A DNA stretch of 64,000 bases. Origin: Rhodospirillales bacterium. Lineage in GTDB: Bacteria > Pseudomonadota > Alphaproteobacteria > Bin95. Positions 31,313 to 42,416 of the stretch are shown piece after piece; within the stretch, counting starts at the first letter, position 1, and every line of letters starts with the position of its first letter. The notes beneath the pieces were generated by a model. The model was given only the letters and a program-made list of their open reading frames with translations, was not told the DNA's origin and did not search any database. The translations under genes were made by a program, and so were the position numbers. Location: positions 2,752,894 to 2,816,893 of the forward strand of contig JAYQLI010000035.1 in NCBI GenBank assembly GCA_038143065.1, in the 5' to 3' direction.

Positions 31313-32407
31313 ATGTCAAATTCCCCGTTAGTTCCAAGACCAGGCATAATGGATATAGCTCCATATGTTCCTGGTGAGGCTAAAATTTCTGGCCATTCTG
31401 AGCCTGCTCAGCTGGCAGCCAATGAAAATGCTCTTGGCCCTAGCCCCGCAGCCGTTGCAGCATATAATTCTGCTGCTAACTCACTCCATCGTTATCCAGA
31501 TGGCGGATCAACAGAGCTCACAAATGCAATTGGTGAGGTCCACGGCTTGGACCCTAAGCGAATTGTTTGTGGTGCAGGTTCAGACGAAATTTTAGCGCTT
31601 CTTGGCCGCGGTTATGTGGGGCTGGGCGATGAAACCCTCCACTCAGCCCATGGCTTTTTGATGTATCCAATCATCACAAAAAGTTTAGGTGCTACGCCTT
31701 TGCAAGCCCCGGAGACAGATTTAACCGCTAACGTAGATGCGTTACTTGCTTCGGTTACTCCTAAAACGAGAATAGTTTTTCTTGCTAATCCTAATAACCC
31801 GACGGGAACAATGTTACCTGCCGAGGAATTGAAGAGGCTGCGCAAGGGCTTAAATGACGATGTATTGTTAGTTATAGATGCTGCGTATGCAGAGTACGTT
31901 GATGACCCTCTCTACAGTGATGGGCGCGATTTAGTTGATGCTAATGATAACGTTGTAATGACTCGAACATTCTCAAAAATTTATGGCCTTGCAGCTCTGC
32001 GTATTGGCTGGTGCTATGCTCCTCCCAGCATTGTGGATGTTCTGCATAGAATACGGGGGCCATTTAATGTGACCGCACCAGCCATTGCCGCTGGAGCCGC
32101 TGCGGTTCGAGACCAAGAGCATGTCGAGCGTAGTCGTCACCATAATAAGGTTGAGCGGAAGCGTCTTGCCAGTCGATTGGCTCAGCTTGGTCTTTCAGGC
32201 CCGGTAAGTCATGGCAACTTTTTGTTGATAAGCTTTAAAACTCCTGAAGTAGCAGAAGGGGCACTTCAAGCTATGAACGCATTGGGAGTGATTCCAAGGC
32301 GTGTTGCTGGTTATGGATTGCCAGAATGTTTGCGTATCACGGTTGGAACGGCCGCTGAGAACGATCGTGTTGTCTCTGCTCTAGCTGACTTCACTGGTGC
32401 GAAATGA
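31313..32407 (+). CDS. hisC: Histidinol-phosphate aminotransferase
   Basis: LAANEN, RYPD, NPNNPTG, DAAYAEY, RTFSKIYGLAALRIG. Confidence 0.93.
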   Translation: MSNSPLVPRPGIMDIAPYVPGEAKISGHSEPAQLAANENALGPSPAAVAAYNSAANSLHRYPDGGSTELTNAIGEVHGLDPKRIVCGAGSDEILALLGRGYVGLGDETLHSAHGFLMYPIITKSLGATPLQAPETDLTANVDALLASVTPKTRIVFLANPNNPTGTMLPAEELKRLRKGLNDDVLLVIDAAYAEYVDDPLYSDGRDLVDANDNVVMTRTFSKIYGLAALRIGWCYAPPSIVDVLHRIRGPFNVTAPAIAAGAAAVRDQEHVERSRHHNKVERKRLASRLAQLGLSGPVSHGNFLLISFKTPEVAEGALQAMNALGVIPRRVAGYGLPECLRITVGTAAENDRVVSALADFTGAK

Positions 32408-33297
32408 TGACAGAGGGTTTTGATCCTTGGGATGAAATAGCGATCATTGGCATTGGCCTTCAAGGGGCTTCAATAGCAATTAATGCGAGGGAGCGTGGTT
32501 TAGCCAAGCGAGTAGTTGTTGGGGATATCTCGAAAACAAATAGAGAGCGAGCTCTGGAACTTGGCCTTTGTGATTATGCAACAGCTGATCTCGCTGATGC
32601 TGTCAAAAATGCAGATTGCATCTTCATCTCTGTGCCGCTGGGAGCAATGGCTTCAGTGGGGCAGGAAATTGGAGCTGCACTGAAATCGGGATCCATCGTA
32701 ACTGATACGGGTTCTACAAAGCAGTCAGTTATCAAGGACCTGGGATCATACATACCATCAGACGTCCATTTTGTTCCAGCACATCCTATCGCTGGAACGG
32801 AGTACTCTGGGCCAGATGCTGGGTTCCTAACCTTATTTCAGGACCGTTGGCTAATTATTACTCCGCCTACAGGTACTGATAACAATGCCTTAAACAGGGT
32901 GCGTAATTTCTGGGAAGCTTGCGGTTCAATGATTGAAATCATGGAGCCAGCGCACCATGACCAGGTCCTTGCTGTTACCTCGCACTTACCTCATCTCATT
33001 GCTTTTGCGATTGTTGGCACCGCCTCTGACCTTGAGGATCATCTAATGCAAGAGGTAGTAAAGTTTTCTGCGTCAGGTTTCAGAGATTTCACTAGAATTG
33101 CTGCGTCTGACCCAGTTATGTGGCGGGATGTTTTTCTGAACAACAAGGATGCACTGTTAGAGTGCTCTGCTCGTTTGTCAGAAGACTTGGCAAGACTTTC
33201 GCGAGCCATCCGTTGGGGAGAAGGTGAGCAGATCGAGAGTCTAATTCTACGGGCTCGAGAAATCCGGCAGGCTCTTATTGAGGCAAAGCAAGTATAA
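32404..33297 (+). CDS. tyrA: Prephenate/arogenate (cyclohexadienyl) dehydrogenase
   Basis: IGIGLQG, TDTGSTK, HPIAGTEYSGP, HD.VLA.TSHLPH, GFRDFTRIAASDP.MW. Confidence 0.9.
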   Translation: MMTEGFDPWDEIAIIGIGLQGASIAINARERGLAKRVVVGDISKTNRERALELGLCDYATADLADAVKNADCIFISVPLGAMASVGQEIGAALKSGSIVTDTGSTKQSVIKDLGSYIPSDVHFVPAHPIAGTEYSGPDAGFLTLFQDRWLIITPPTGTDNNALNRVRNFWEACGSMIEIMEPAHHDQVLAVTSHLPHLIAFAIVGTASDLEDHLMQEVVKFSASGFRDFTRIAASDPVMWRDVFLNNKDALLECSARLSEDLARLSRAIRWGEGEQIESLILRAREIRQALIEAKQV

Positions 33298-33435
33298 CAA
33301 CCCTCGTTTCCGAATACTTCCAAAGCTGGTATAGTGGATGTTTTTGGCCTAGGAGCTTCTTTTATACAGGGCTTCTTAGAGGCATTTAGGTATAAAACTT
33401 AGCGCAAATTGAGATGCAATATGGGGGTAGAAGCA

Positions 33436-33990
33436 ATGGCACGTATTCCTTATCCAAACTTGGATGATCTAGACCCTGAAGTAGGGGCATTCATGAAACG
33501 AATTGACCCCATGATAAATGTATTCCACATGATGGCGCACGCGGAAACAGCAGTTCGTCCATTCATGCGCCTTGGAAATGCTTTACTTTTCAAGGGTGAG
33601 CTTGATGACGTTCTTCGTGAGATCGTGATCCTTCGAGTAGGACATGTAACCGGATCGACCTACGAGGTGCATCAGCATCGTATCGTAGGTCGAAATTGTG
33701 GGATGACCGAAGAGCAAATTGATGGGGTGGCGGAAGGTTCTAAAGCTGCGGTTTTTGATGAACGTCAAAAATTAGCAATCCGGATGGTAGATGAGGTTAT
33801 CGCTGATGTGCGAATGTCAGATGAAACCTTCAATGAGGCTGTAGAAATTTTTAATAGTCGCGAAATAACTGAAATTCTGATTGTGATTGGTTTTTACAAT
33901 ATGATTGCTGGGGTTCTAGAAAACCTTCAGGTGGAAATAGAGGCCCCCGGCCTGGTCGATAACCCATTAAAACGAGCAAAGCCAGGGTGA
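33436..33990 (+). CDS. Carboxymuconolactone decarboxylase/AhpD-like protein
   Basis: LREIVILRVG....YE..QH, IGFYNM. Confidence 0.8.
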   Translation: MARIPYPNLDDLDPEVGAFMKRIDPMINVFHMMAHAETAVRPFMRLGNALLFKGELDDVLREIVILRVGHVTGSTYEVHQHRIVGRNCGMTEEQIDGVAEGSKAAVFDERQKLAIRMVDEVIADVRMSDETFNEAVEIFNSREITEILIVIGFYNMIAGVLENLQVEIEAPGLVDNPLKRAKPG

Positions 33991-34246
33991 TAGATATTCC
34001 AAACCATTGTTAATAGAGCCTGCTGGCTTCGCATGTGTTTGGACTAGGATAACTCGAGAAAATTTTCTTTATCCAATTATTGATATTGCAACGTTGAGTG
34101 CTGGAGTGACGATATATTTTTATTAAAAATGTTCGAGACAACCGATGATTTTGAAAAATACAAATCTGTAGTGAGTTTTTGATATGTTGTTACTTCAATA
34201 CTTAATCGTCGCAAAATTATGAATATACATGTTGGAGTAAGTTAAA

Positions 34247-35289
34247 ATGAAGGTTGGCATGGTAATGGGGTACTCTGGGGCTAAGTTTAAATTTCCCCAA
34301 GCCGAGGTTGAGGCCGCCGATCAGCTTGGATTTGACTCAATTTGGACATCCGAGGCGTGGGGGTCCGACGCAGTTACGCCGGCGACGTGGGCATTAGCCC
34401 GAACTAAGCAGGTAAAAGTAGGCACCGCAATTATGCAGATGCAAGCGCGAACCCCAGCTTGCGCAGCTATGACTGCGATGACACTTGATGCTATGTCTGA
34501 TGGACGATTTGTCTTGGGTATAGGTCCGTCTGGCCCTCAGGTTATTGAAGGCTGGCATGGTGTCCCATATGGGAAACCTCTTCTTCGAACCAAAGAATAC
34601 ATCAGGATCATCCGAAAAATTCTTGCCCGAAATGGGCCCCTAGAACATGTAGGAGAACACTATGAAATTCCTTACCATGGGCCCAACTCGACGGGTCTCG
34701 GAAAGCCATTAAAAAGCATTCTCCACGGAGATCCGAAGTTAAAGATTTATACGGGAACCATTACTCCTGCTGGTGTTGAAATGTCAGCCGAGGTTGCAGA
34801 TGGAATGTTTCCGGTGTTTGCAGTGCCGGAGAAGCTAGATATTTTTGGACCTGACCTTGAGAAGGGGTTTGCGAAGGCAGGAAATGGAAAGTCTTTAAAG
34901 GATTATGACATCCTACCGTTTGTGCCCATGGTTATGGGAGACGACTTGGAAGAGTGTCGTAAGCCTATAAAAGAACATCTTGCTCTTTATATTGGTGGTA
35001 TGGGTGCAAGAGAGAAAAATTTTTATAATGACTACGCTAAGCGACTTGGTTATCAGGCTGCCGCTACTCAGATACAGAACCTGTTTTTAACTGGGAAACG
35101 TAATCAGGCTGCTTCTGCTGTGCCAGATGAATTAGTCGATGCAATTGCTCTAGTGGGACCAGAGCTAAAATACTTTCTCGGATCGAAGAATGGCGTAAAG
35201 CATCAGGTGCGGATTATGTGCACTCAATCTTGTTGATGCACCCAACAATTGAAGCAATGAGCTTGGTCTCTAAGGCCGTTAGGGACTGA
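34247..35289 (+). CDS. LLM-class oxidoreductase, putative F420-dependent, Rv3520c-like; frameshift near 35160
   Basis: SEAWGSDA, GTAIMQMQARTP, GIGPSGPQVIEGWHG, ALYIGGMGAREKNFYN; shifted frame runs to TGA at 35289. Confidence 0.87.
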
Positions 35290-35293
35290 AATT

Positions 35294-36046
35294 TTGAGTA
35301 TACTTGGGGCCATATTAGGAGGTGCTGCTGGTTTTGCCATAGGCGGCCCAATAGGTGCGTTGGTCGGCGCAGCTGCGGGACATGCTGCCCAGAGATTTGG
35401 AAATGCTGAAGCGAACGATGTCTCGGATGCCTCTGCCTCGAAAGATCAAGCGACGCGTAAAGTTACTTTCACTATCGGAGTGATAGTGCTTGGGGCAAAA
35501 ATGGCCAAAGCAGATGGCCGCGTAACCGAGGACGAAATCAGGGTGTTTCGCCGTGTCTTCCGGACTTCGCCTGAAGAAGAGAAGAATGTTGCAAAGCTGT
35601 TTAATCAGGCAAAACGCGATACCCGTGGATTTGAAGCTTATGCTCGTCAGCTTAATCGTATTTTATCAGGCGCACCTGAGGTAAAGGAGCAGGTCATTGA
35701 TTGTCTGTTTGAGATAGCTAAAGCAGATGGAAAAATTCATCCAAAAGAAGCTGCCTTCTTAGAAGCAGTTGCGGAGTTAATGGATGTTTCAAGTCTCGCA
35801 TTTTCTCGACTGCGCAACTTGCACGTAGGTGATGATGAACGAGATCCATATGCTATTTTGGGACTTAAAAGCTCGGCGGAGCCGGAGCAAATTAAGTATC
35901 GTTACCGAGAGCTGGTCCGCAATCATCATCCAGATAAGCTGACAGCTGAGGGTATGCCCGAAGAAGCAATTGAAGTTGCAAACCAAAAACTTGCACGTAT
36001 CAACGCTGCATATGATGAAGTCGCTAAGTCAAGAGGGATTCGCTGA
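35294..36046 (+). CDS. djlA: DnaJ-like membrane co-chaperone (TerB + J domain)
   Basis: Gly-rich N-terminal TM, AKMAKADGRV, DPYAILG, HHPDK, INAAYD. Confidence 0.88.
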   Translation: MSILGAILGGAAGFAIGGPIGALVGAAAGHAAQRFGNAEANDVSDASASKDQATRKVTFTIGVIVLGAKMAKADGRVTEDEIRVFRRVFRTSPEEEKNVAKLFNQAKRDTRGFEAYARQLNRILSGAPEVKEQVIDCLFEIAKADGKIHPKEAAFLEAVAELMDVSSLAFSRLRNLHVGDDERDPYAILGLKSSAEPEQIKYRYRELVRNHHPDKLTAEGMPEEAIEVANQKLARINAAYDEVAKSRGIR

Positions 36047-36058
36047 TAATCCGATATG

Positions 36059-36091
36059 AAAAACCCGCCAAGCTTTTACACTTGACGGGTT
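36059..36091 (-). terminator. Intrinsic terminator between convergent djlA and leuD
   Basis: Minus strand AACCCGTCAAG-loop-CTTGGCGGGTT followed by T run. Confidence 0.7.
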
Positions 36092-36125
36092 GAGCAATTA
36101 ACCAAGGAATTATTGTTAAAGATTT

Positions 36126-36746
36126 CTATATTTCGATTTTCGGCATCCAAGGACGGGAGTTGTCATCCTGACCCTCAAAACCATCGATTTGATCCTTGTT
36201 GCCCATCGTAAGACCAATGTCGTCTAATCCATTCAAAAGGCAATGCTTTTTAAATGGGTCAACGTCAAACTTGATAACTTCGCCATTTGGACGCGTTATC
36301 GTTTGGTCTTCTAGATTGACAGTCAGTCTTGCATTAGCGCCCAGTTGAGCATCTTCCATCAATTCGTCGACGATCTCTTTTGGAAGCTTGATTAACAACA
36401 TTCCATTTTTGAATGAGTTATTAAAGAAGATATCAGCAAAATCGGTGCCTATAAGGCATTTTACACCGTAGTCATTCAGGGCCCAAGGGGCGTGCTCACG
36501 TGAAGAACCACAGCCAAAGTTATTTCCGACCACTAACACTTCCGCCCCACGGTAAGCCGCTTTATTGAGAATGAAATCTTCATTCTCCGAGCCATCGCCG
36601 TTATAGCGCATATCGTTAAAGAGATGCTTGCCGAGACCCTTCCGCTCGATTGTCTTTAAGAAGCGGGCAGGTATTACCTTGTCAGTATCAATATTTTGAG
36701 CAGGCATTGGAGCAGCAACGCCTGTAAAAGTCTGGAACTTGTCCAT
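36126..36746 (-). CDS. leuD: 3-isopropylmalate dehydratase small subunit
   Basis: [44 protein letters not shown]. Confidence 0.96.
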   Translation of the reverse strand: MDKFQTFTGVAAPMPAQNIDTDKVIPARFLKTIERKGLGKHLFNDMRYNGDGSENEDFILNKAAYRGAEVLVVGNNFGCGSSREHAPWALNDYGVKCLIGTDFADIFFNNSFKNGMLLIKLPKEIVDELMEDAQLGANARLTVNLEDQTITRPNGEVIKFDVDPFKKHCLLNGLDDIGLTMGNKDQIDGFEGQDDNSRPWMPKIEI

Positions 36747-36765
36747 CAATCGGTTCCTTTCCAGT

Positions 36766-36978
36766 TCAGCAGTTACCCTTGAGGTCACTACCGTTCAGTG
36801 CAGCAAGATGGATTACGTTGGTGTCTGTGCAATCTTCAGTCCAAGTAACCCGTGCGATATCGATAGCGCGTAACTTTCCATCCCTTCCGCGCACAACAGC
36901 ACTTCTTGGTGTTGAAATAGGTGCGTCTTCGAAATGGCTAAAATCGATAGCTAGTACGCTACCCCTAAAAGATGTCAT
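36766..36978 (-). CDS. Small hypothetical protein (70 aa) between leuC and leuD
   Basis: ATG overlaps the corrected leuC stop (ATGA) and the ORF ends just before the leuD RBS. Confidence 0.5.
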   Translation of the reverse strand: MTSFRGSVLAIDFSHFEDAPISTPRSAVVRGRDGKLRAIDIARVTWTEDCTDTNVIHLAALNGSDLKGNC

Positions 36979-38385
36979 TTTAAAAATTCCCTGACATCAG
37001 CTAAGTGGCCCTTAATTGGCAGCGGCAGCCGCCATTGCAGGAGAGACCAAATGCGTGCGCCCACCAGGCCCCTGACGGCCTTCAAAGTTTCTATTTGAAG
37101 TTGAAGCTGATCGTTCGCCAGAGCGCAATTTATCAGCGTTCATGGCGAGGCACATTGAACAGCCTGGCTCACGCCACTCAAAGCCTGCTTCCATGAGAAT
37201 TTTGTCGAGGCCTTCGGCTTCTGCTGCTTCTTTCACTAATCCGGAACCCGGGACTGCGAGTGCACGCACGCCGGAGGCAACCTTTTGCCCTTTTGCTATT
37301 TCAGCTGCAGCTCTGAAGTCTTCTAGTCGTCCATTCGTGCAGGAGCCAATGAAGACTGTATCGACCTTTATATCAGTTATGGGCATTCCACCTGTGAGGC
37401 CCATATACTCCAAACTGCGCGCTACTCCGGCCTGCCGTCCTTCATCGTCAAATTCTTCTGGTTTCGGTACCATTGCAGTAATCGGCAGAGCATCCTGAGG
37501 GCTAGTTCCCCAGGTCACGTAAGGCTCGATCGTTGTAGCGTCCAGCTCAATTTCTTTGTCATACGATGCTCCCTCATCTGACGGCAAGCTAGACCAATAA
37601 GAGACGGCCTGCTCCCATTTTCCACCTTTTGGTGCGTATGGCTTGCCTTTGAGGTATTCAAAAGTTTTTTCGTCAGGAGCAATTAAGCCCGCTCTCGCAC
37701 CTGCCTCGATCGACATGTTGCAGACGGTCATCCTACCTTCCATTGAAAGATTCTTAATCGCTTCCCCAGCATATTCGATAACGTGACCGGTTCCGCCGGC
37801 TGTTCCAATTTTACCAATGATGGCCAGGATTAAATCCTTGCCTGTGGTACCTTTGGGAGGAATGCCTTTAACTGTAATCCGCATGTTCTTTGCGGGCTTT
37901 TGCACTAATGATTGAGTGGCAAATACATGCTCCACCTCGGACGTGCCTATGCCGAAGGCGAGTGCACCAAATGCACCATGCGTGGACGTATGGCTATCGC
38001 CGCAAACAACCGTCATGCCTGGCTGAGTAAGTCCTTGCTCTGGACCGATTATATGGACAATACCCTGACGAATATCATCAACTGGAATGTAGGGAACGCC
38101 AAACTCTTTGACGTTACTTTCCAAAGTTTCTACCTGTAACTTAGACTCAGGATCTTCAATGCCCTTTGATCGATCTGTGGTAGGAACATTATGATCTGCA
38201 ACCGCTATTGTTCGGTCGGGCCTGCGCAGTTTACGTCCAGCTGCTCGCAAGCCGGCAAAAGCCTGTGGGCTCGTGACTTCATGAGTAAGATGAAGATCAA
38301 TGTAGATGAGGGCGGTGCCATCATCTTCAGTGCGAACGACATGGTTGTCCCATATCTTATCAAATAACGTGCGTGGTTTTGACAT
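36975..38385 (-). CDS. leuC: 3-isopropylmalate dehydratase large subunit; 1-nt insertion near 37018, true end [13 protein letters not shown]
   Basis: [50 protein letters not shown]. Confidence 0.96.
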
Positions 38386-38417
38386 CGCACCTATCTCCCA
38401 TGTTCAAAAGCCTAAGC

Positions 38418-38447
38418 GGCCATTCTTTCTAGTTTGAAAGAATGGCC
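38418..38447 (-). terminator. Perfect 12-bp hairpin between rplS and leuC (terminator or stabiliser)
   Basis: GGCCATTCTTTC-6 nt-GAAAGAATGGCC; only a weak T tract. Confidence 0.55.
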
Positions 38448-38465
38448 TGCCTGATGCCTGCGTTT

Positions 38466-38843
38466 TTAATCTTGCGTCTTGGTTGTGCGACGGCGCTCAC
38501 GGATACGAGCTGCACGACCGCGACGACCGCGAAGGTAATATAGCTTTGCGCGGCGAACCCGACCTTGGCGAATAATTACGATTTTTTCTACATTTGGCGA
38601 ATATAGAGGGAAGACGCGTTCCACGCCTTCGCCTGAAGCAATCTTCCTCACTGTAAATGCAGATGCGACACCGGCATTTTTACGCGCAATGCATACACCT
38701 TCAAATGCCTGAATACGCTCACGTTCACCTTCAACGACGCGATAGTCAACTCGAACAGTATCACCGGGACGAAAGTCCGGAATTTCTTTACCTTCTGTGA
38801 CACGAGCTATCTCTTCTTGCCCGATTTTCTGTACTATATTCAT
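38466..38843 (-). CDS. rplS: 50S ribosomal protein L19
   Basis: [40 protein letters not shown]. Confidence 0.97.
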   Translation of the reverse strand: MNIVQKIGQEEIARVTEGKEIPDFRPGDTVRVDYRVVEGERERIQAFEGVCIARKNAGVASAFTVRKIASGEGVERVFPLYSPNVEKIVIIRQGRVRRAKLYYLRGRRGRAARIRERRRTTKTQD

Positions 38844-38921
38844 GTGGCCGGTTCCTTTTTCTTCTCGCCATTCATGATGTTAAACGCGGGACTTCGGTGT
38901 TCCCGAAGGCCGGCGCCGACT

Positions 38922-39611
38922 TTAACCTCTTCTTGTAAAGAGCGCCCACATGTCTGGGCGCCGCTCACGCGTAGTGGCCTCAGCCTGTTCCTGACGCCAA
39001 GCCGCTATGCGGGCATGATCGCCAGATGTTAATACGGCCGGCACTTCGATCCCATTCCATACCCTCGGACGGGTATAGTGAGGGTATTCTAGTAACCCGC
39101 CTTCAAAACTCTCCTCAACAAGACTTCCTGCTTGGCTCATAAAGCCAGGAAGAAGCCTTATACAAGCATCAATAAGGATCATGGCACCCAGCTCTCCGCC
39201 AGATAACACATAGTCCCCAACACTGATTTCCTCTGCCTCGCGTGCATCAAGTACACGCTGGTCAATTCCTTCGTAGCGTCCCGATAAAAGTCTGACCCCT
39301 GGCCCAGCAGCTAAGTCTTTCACTTTAGCTTGAGTCAAAGGCGCGCCTCTAGGAGACAAATAAATTAGTGGTCCGATCTCGCCCGAAGCTTCTATAGCTG
39401 CATCGACTACATCTGACCTCATAACCATGCCGGCACCACCTCCGAAAGGCGTGTCATCCACAGTTTGGTGCTTATCGCGCGTGAAGTCGCGGATGTCCAG
39501 TGTTTTAAGAGCCCAAATTTCTTTTTCGAGTGCTTTACCAGATAAAGCCATGCCCAATGGGCCTGGGAACATTTCTGGAAAGATTGTCAGCACAGTTGCT
39601 TTCCAAGTCAT
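38922..39611 (-). CDS. trmD: tRNA (guanine37-N1)-methyltransferase
   Basis: [47 protein letters not shown]. Confidence 0.96.
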   Translation of the reverse strand: MTWKATVLTIFPEMFPGPLGMALSGKALEKEIWALKTLDIRDFTRDKHQTVDDTPFGGGAGMVMRSDVVDAAIEASGEIGPLIYLSPRGAPLTQAKVKDLAAGPGVRLLSGRYEGIDQRVLDAREAEEISVGDYVLSGGELGAMILIDACIRLLPGFMSQAGSLVEESFEGGLLEYPHYTRPRVWNGIEVPAVLTSGDHARIAAWRQEQAEATTRERRPDMWALFTRRG

Positions 39612-40147
39612 TCATCACCTTTATGGACGTCTTTTGGAACCCAAAGCCCGGAAGGGGGATCAACTTCTATAGTTCCTTCCGCGACATCAATCACTGGCAC
39701 TACAGCTTTTGTGAATGGTAAAACTAAAGGGAGGCCTCCATCCGATAGAGCTATTTCTATGAGATCGCCTGCCCCGTGGTTAAAAAGTGCATTTACTTTC
39801 CCAATTGAAGATCCCTGCACTAGGACATTTAGGCCTATGAGGTCAGCGTGAAAATACTCATCAACATCAGGATCCGGTAGACATGAGCGTCGAAGGTAAA
39901 GGATTTGGCCCTTTAATTTTTCCGCTGCGTTTCGGTCATTAGACCCTGATACACGACATATTGCGACCGTATCTCTCGCCTCTAGCACTTTGAGTATGAA
40001 GGAACGTTCGCCTGTTTCATCACTCAAGGCGCCGTATGAATCAATCCCTGCAGGGATTTCTGTGAATGTTTTCACGCGAACATGACCTTGCAGACCATGC
40101 GCCGCAACAATCACGCCAGCAGGGATTAACTCAGTCTCTTTTTCCAA
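39608..40147 (-). CDS. rimM: Ribosome maturation factor RimM (TTG start at 40147)
   Basis: [44 protein letters not shown]. Confidence 0.92.
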   Translation of the reverse strand: MEKETELIPAGVIVAAHGLQGHVRVKTFTEIPAGIDSYGALSDETGERSFILKVLEARDTVAICRVSGSNDRNAAEKLKGQILYLRRSCLPDPDVDEYFHADLIGLNVLVQGSSIGKVNALFNHGAGDLIEIALSDGGLPLVLPFTKAVVPVIDVAEGTIEVDPPSGLWVPKDVHKGDE

Positions 40148-40151
40148 GCCT

Positions 40152-40760
40152 TTACTTGTCAGATTTTTCTTCCTCTGAGGCTTCCTGCTCAGCAGGTGCT
40201 TCTTCAGCAGGTGCTTCTTCAGCAGGTGCTTCTTCAGCAGGTGCTTCTTCAGCAGGTGCTTCTTCAGCAGGTGCTTCTTCAGCAGGTGCTTCTTCAGCAG
40301 GTGCCTCTTCAGCAGGTGCTTCTTCAGCAGGTGCCTCTTCAGCAGGTGCCTCTTCAGCAACTTCTTCAGCAGGTGCTTCTTCAGCAACTACTTCCTCTTC
40401 AGCAGCAGCTTCTTCAGCTGCCTTTGCAGCCTCAGCAGCCTCACGCAGGCGTTCTTGAGCCTTGGCTTTTGGTAGGTTTTTCTTGGTTTGAGTTGGGATG
40501 GCGCGGCGCTCCATCAACCCGGCATCTGCCAAGAACCGTGCTACACGATCAGAAGGTTGCGCACCATCACCCAACCATTTTTGAATTCGATCAGTTTTTA
40601 ATCGTACACGATCCGAATGATCGCTGGGTAGCATTGGATTATAGGTGCCGACCTGTTCGATGAAACGACCATCACGCGGGTCACGAGAATTCGCAACTAC
40701 AATTCTGTAATATGGGCGTTTTTTAGCGCCGCCACGTGTTAAGCGAATTTTAACTGACAT
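40152..40760 (-). CDS. rpsP: 30S ribosomal protein S16 with long acidic C-terminal extension
   Basis: [44 protein letters not shown]. Confidence 0.96.
   Translation of the reverse strand: MSVKIRLTRGGAKKRPYYRIVVANSRDPRDGRFIEQVGTYNPMLPSDHSDRVRLKTDRIQKWLGDGAQPSDRVARFLADAGLMERRAIPTQTKKNLPKAKAQERLREAAEAAKAAEEAAAEEEVVAEEAPAEEVAEEAPAEEAPAEEAPAEEAPAEEAPAEEAPAEEAPAEEAPAEEAPAEEAPAEEAPAEQEASEEEKSDK
40191..40382. repeat. 15-bp tandem repeat encoding (EEAPA)n in the S16 tail
   Basis: 11 consecutive AGCAGGTGC[T/C]TCTTC units at 40191-40355, a 12-bp variant, then one more unit. Confidence 0.95.
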
Positions 40761-40809
40761 TTTTTATTCTTCCTTCTACGAAATTTAGAAATTTGTGCTG
40801 ATTAGAGGG

Positions 40810-42290
40810 TTATTGACCAAAAGGGGTGAATGGACCTTTACCCGGGAGTGTAGGAAATTTGGGTAATCCCGAACCTTCCCCAAGAGGTCCTGAAAGTGCG
40901 TTACTGCCTGAATTGGGCAGTCCCATACCAGGAGGCAGAGAAGGCATTAGTCCCTTTTTCCCCTTCTTTTTTCCGAGCTTGTTCATCTGTTTCATCATGC
41001 CGCGCATTTGATCGAATTGCTTAAGCAAACGATTGACCTCTTGAACTTCTACGCCTGACCCAGCTGCAATTCGTCGCTTGCGAGAAGCTTTCAGAAGCTC
41101 TGGCTTCCGCCTTTCCGTTGGGGTCATGGATAAAATGATAGCTTCTTGGCGAGCCAGAACCTTCTCATTGACGTTGGCTTCCGCCATCTGCTGTTTCAAT
41201 TTTCCAACTTGCGGAAGCAGGCCCATCAATCCGCCAAGTCCACCCATCCGTTTCATTTGACGAAGCTGGGAGAGTAAATCTGAGAGATCCATCTTCCCGG
41301 CCTGAAGTTTTTGGCGAGGTTTTCTGCTTCTTCTTGCTCTATGGTCTCTGCAGCGCGTTCTACGAGGCTTACAATATCGCCCATCCCGAGGATGCGGGAT
41401 GCAATACGATCTGCATGAAATGGCTCAATAGCATCTAACTTTTCGCCAGTTCCCATAAACCGGATTGGTTTTCCGGTAACTGCACGCATCGACAGTGCTG
41501 CACCACCGCGTGCGTCTCCATCGATGCGGGTTAATACAATGCCTGTTACCCCGAGGCGCTCTCCAAATGCCTCAGCGACGCTAACGGCATCTTGACCGGT
41601 CATGGCGTCCGCAACCAGTAAGGTTTCAGTAGGACTGACGATGCGCGAAACGGCTTCAGCTTCCTGCATCATCGTTTCATCTACTGTCGTGCGCCCAGCT
41701 GTGTCGATGAATACTACGTCGTAGCCTTGCTTTTTAGCGGTATCAATGGCGCGGCGAGCGATCGCTGGAGCAAGTTCACCAAAGACTACTGGAAGCGTAT
41801 CTATATTTGCTTGTAATCCTAAAGTGGCTAACTGCTGCTGAGCTGCTGGTCTATGCACGTCCACAGAGGCCATAAGACAGCGTTTCTTCTCTCGCTCTCG
41901 CAGACGAATTGCTAACTTCGCAGTGGTAGTCGTCTTTCCAGATCCCTGAAGGCCACACATTAGTATTACAGAAGGAGGATTGGTACCAAGTGATAATTCG
42001 GAATTAGCTAAAGGAGGCGAGCCTTCGCCCTCAAGCATATTAACCAACTCATCATTAACAATTTTAACTACTTGCTGGCCAGGGGTGACGCTTTTGAGAA
42101 CTTGGGATCCGATAGATTTTTCTGTAGCACGTTCAATAAATTGACGTGCGACTGGAAGAGCTACGTCCGCTTCCAAAAGAGCGAGGCGGACCTCGCGCAT
42201 CGCCTGCCGAACATCTTCTTCGTTTAAGACACCTTTGCCCGTAAGCTTCTTAAAGGCGTCTGAGAGACGACCACTTAAGCTTTCAAACAT
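40810..42290 (-). CDS. ffh: Signal recognition particle protein; frameshift near 41300
   Basis: [39 protein letters not shown]; M domain [11 protein letters not shown]. Confidence 0.96.
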
Positions 42291-42315
42291 GGTTTCAGCT
42301 CCTATCGATCCCTAT

Positions 42316-42365
42316 GTCCAACGCCAAACGCGCCAGTGCGCGAACACTCGCGGACTGGCGTCAAC
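42316..42365 (-). ncRNA. Structured ffh leader, consistent with the alphaproteobacterial ffh RNA motif
   Basis: Minus strand GTTGACGCCAGTCCGCGAGTGTTCGCGCACTGGCGCGTTTGGCGTTG: stem CGCCAGT/ACTGGCG with inner CGCGA/TCGCG, about 25 nt before the ffh start. Confidence 0.65.
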
Positions 42366-42416
42366 TTTTGTACACTCAAAAGCTGTGGGCAATTGAACTG
42401 CCGGAATAAGGTCGGC

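Noticed and set aside
33991-34246. AT-rich intergenic stretches (also 19433-19611, 23179-23400, 54387-54700) as riboswitches or sRNAs
   Set aside because: I could not recognise an aptamer consensus or a stable stem; they are consistent with ordinary promoter regions.
40191-40382. Tandem repeat as a CRISPR array
   Set aside because: Units are directly adjacent with no spacers, lie in frame within rpsP, and no cas genes are present.
40066-40663. Long alternative-frame ORFs (LLKKH)n fused to rimM, (SSAGA)n and (LLQQV)n
   Set aside because: They are stop-free shadows of the 15-bp repeat in rpsP; rimM has its own TTG start at 40147.
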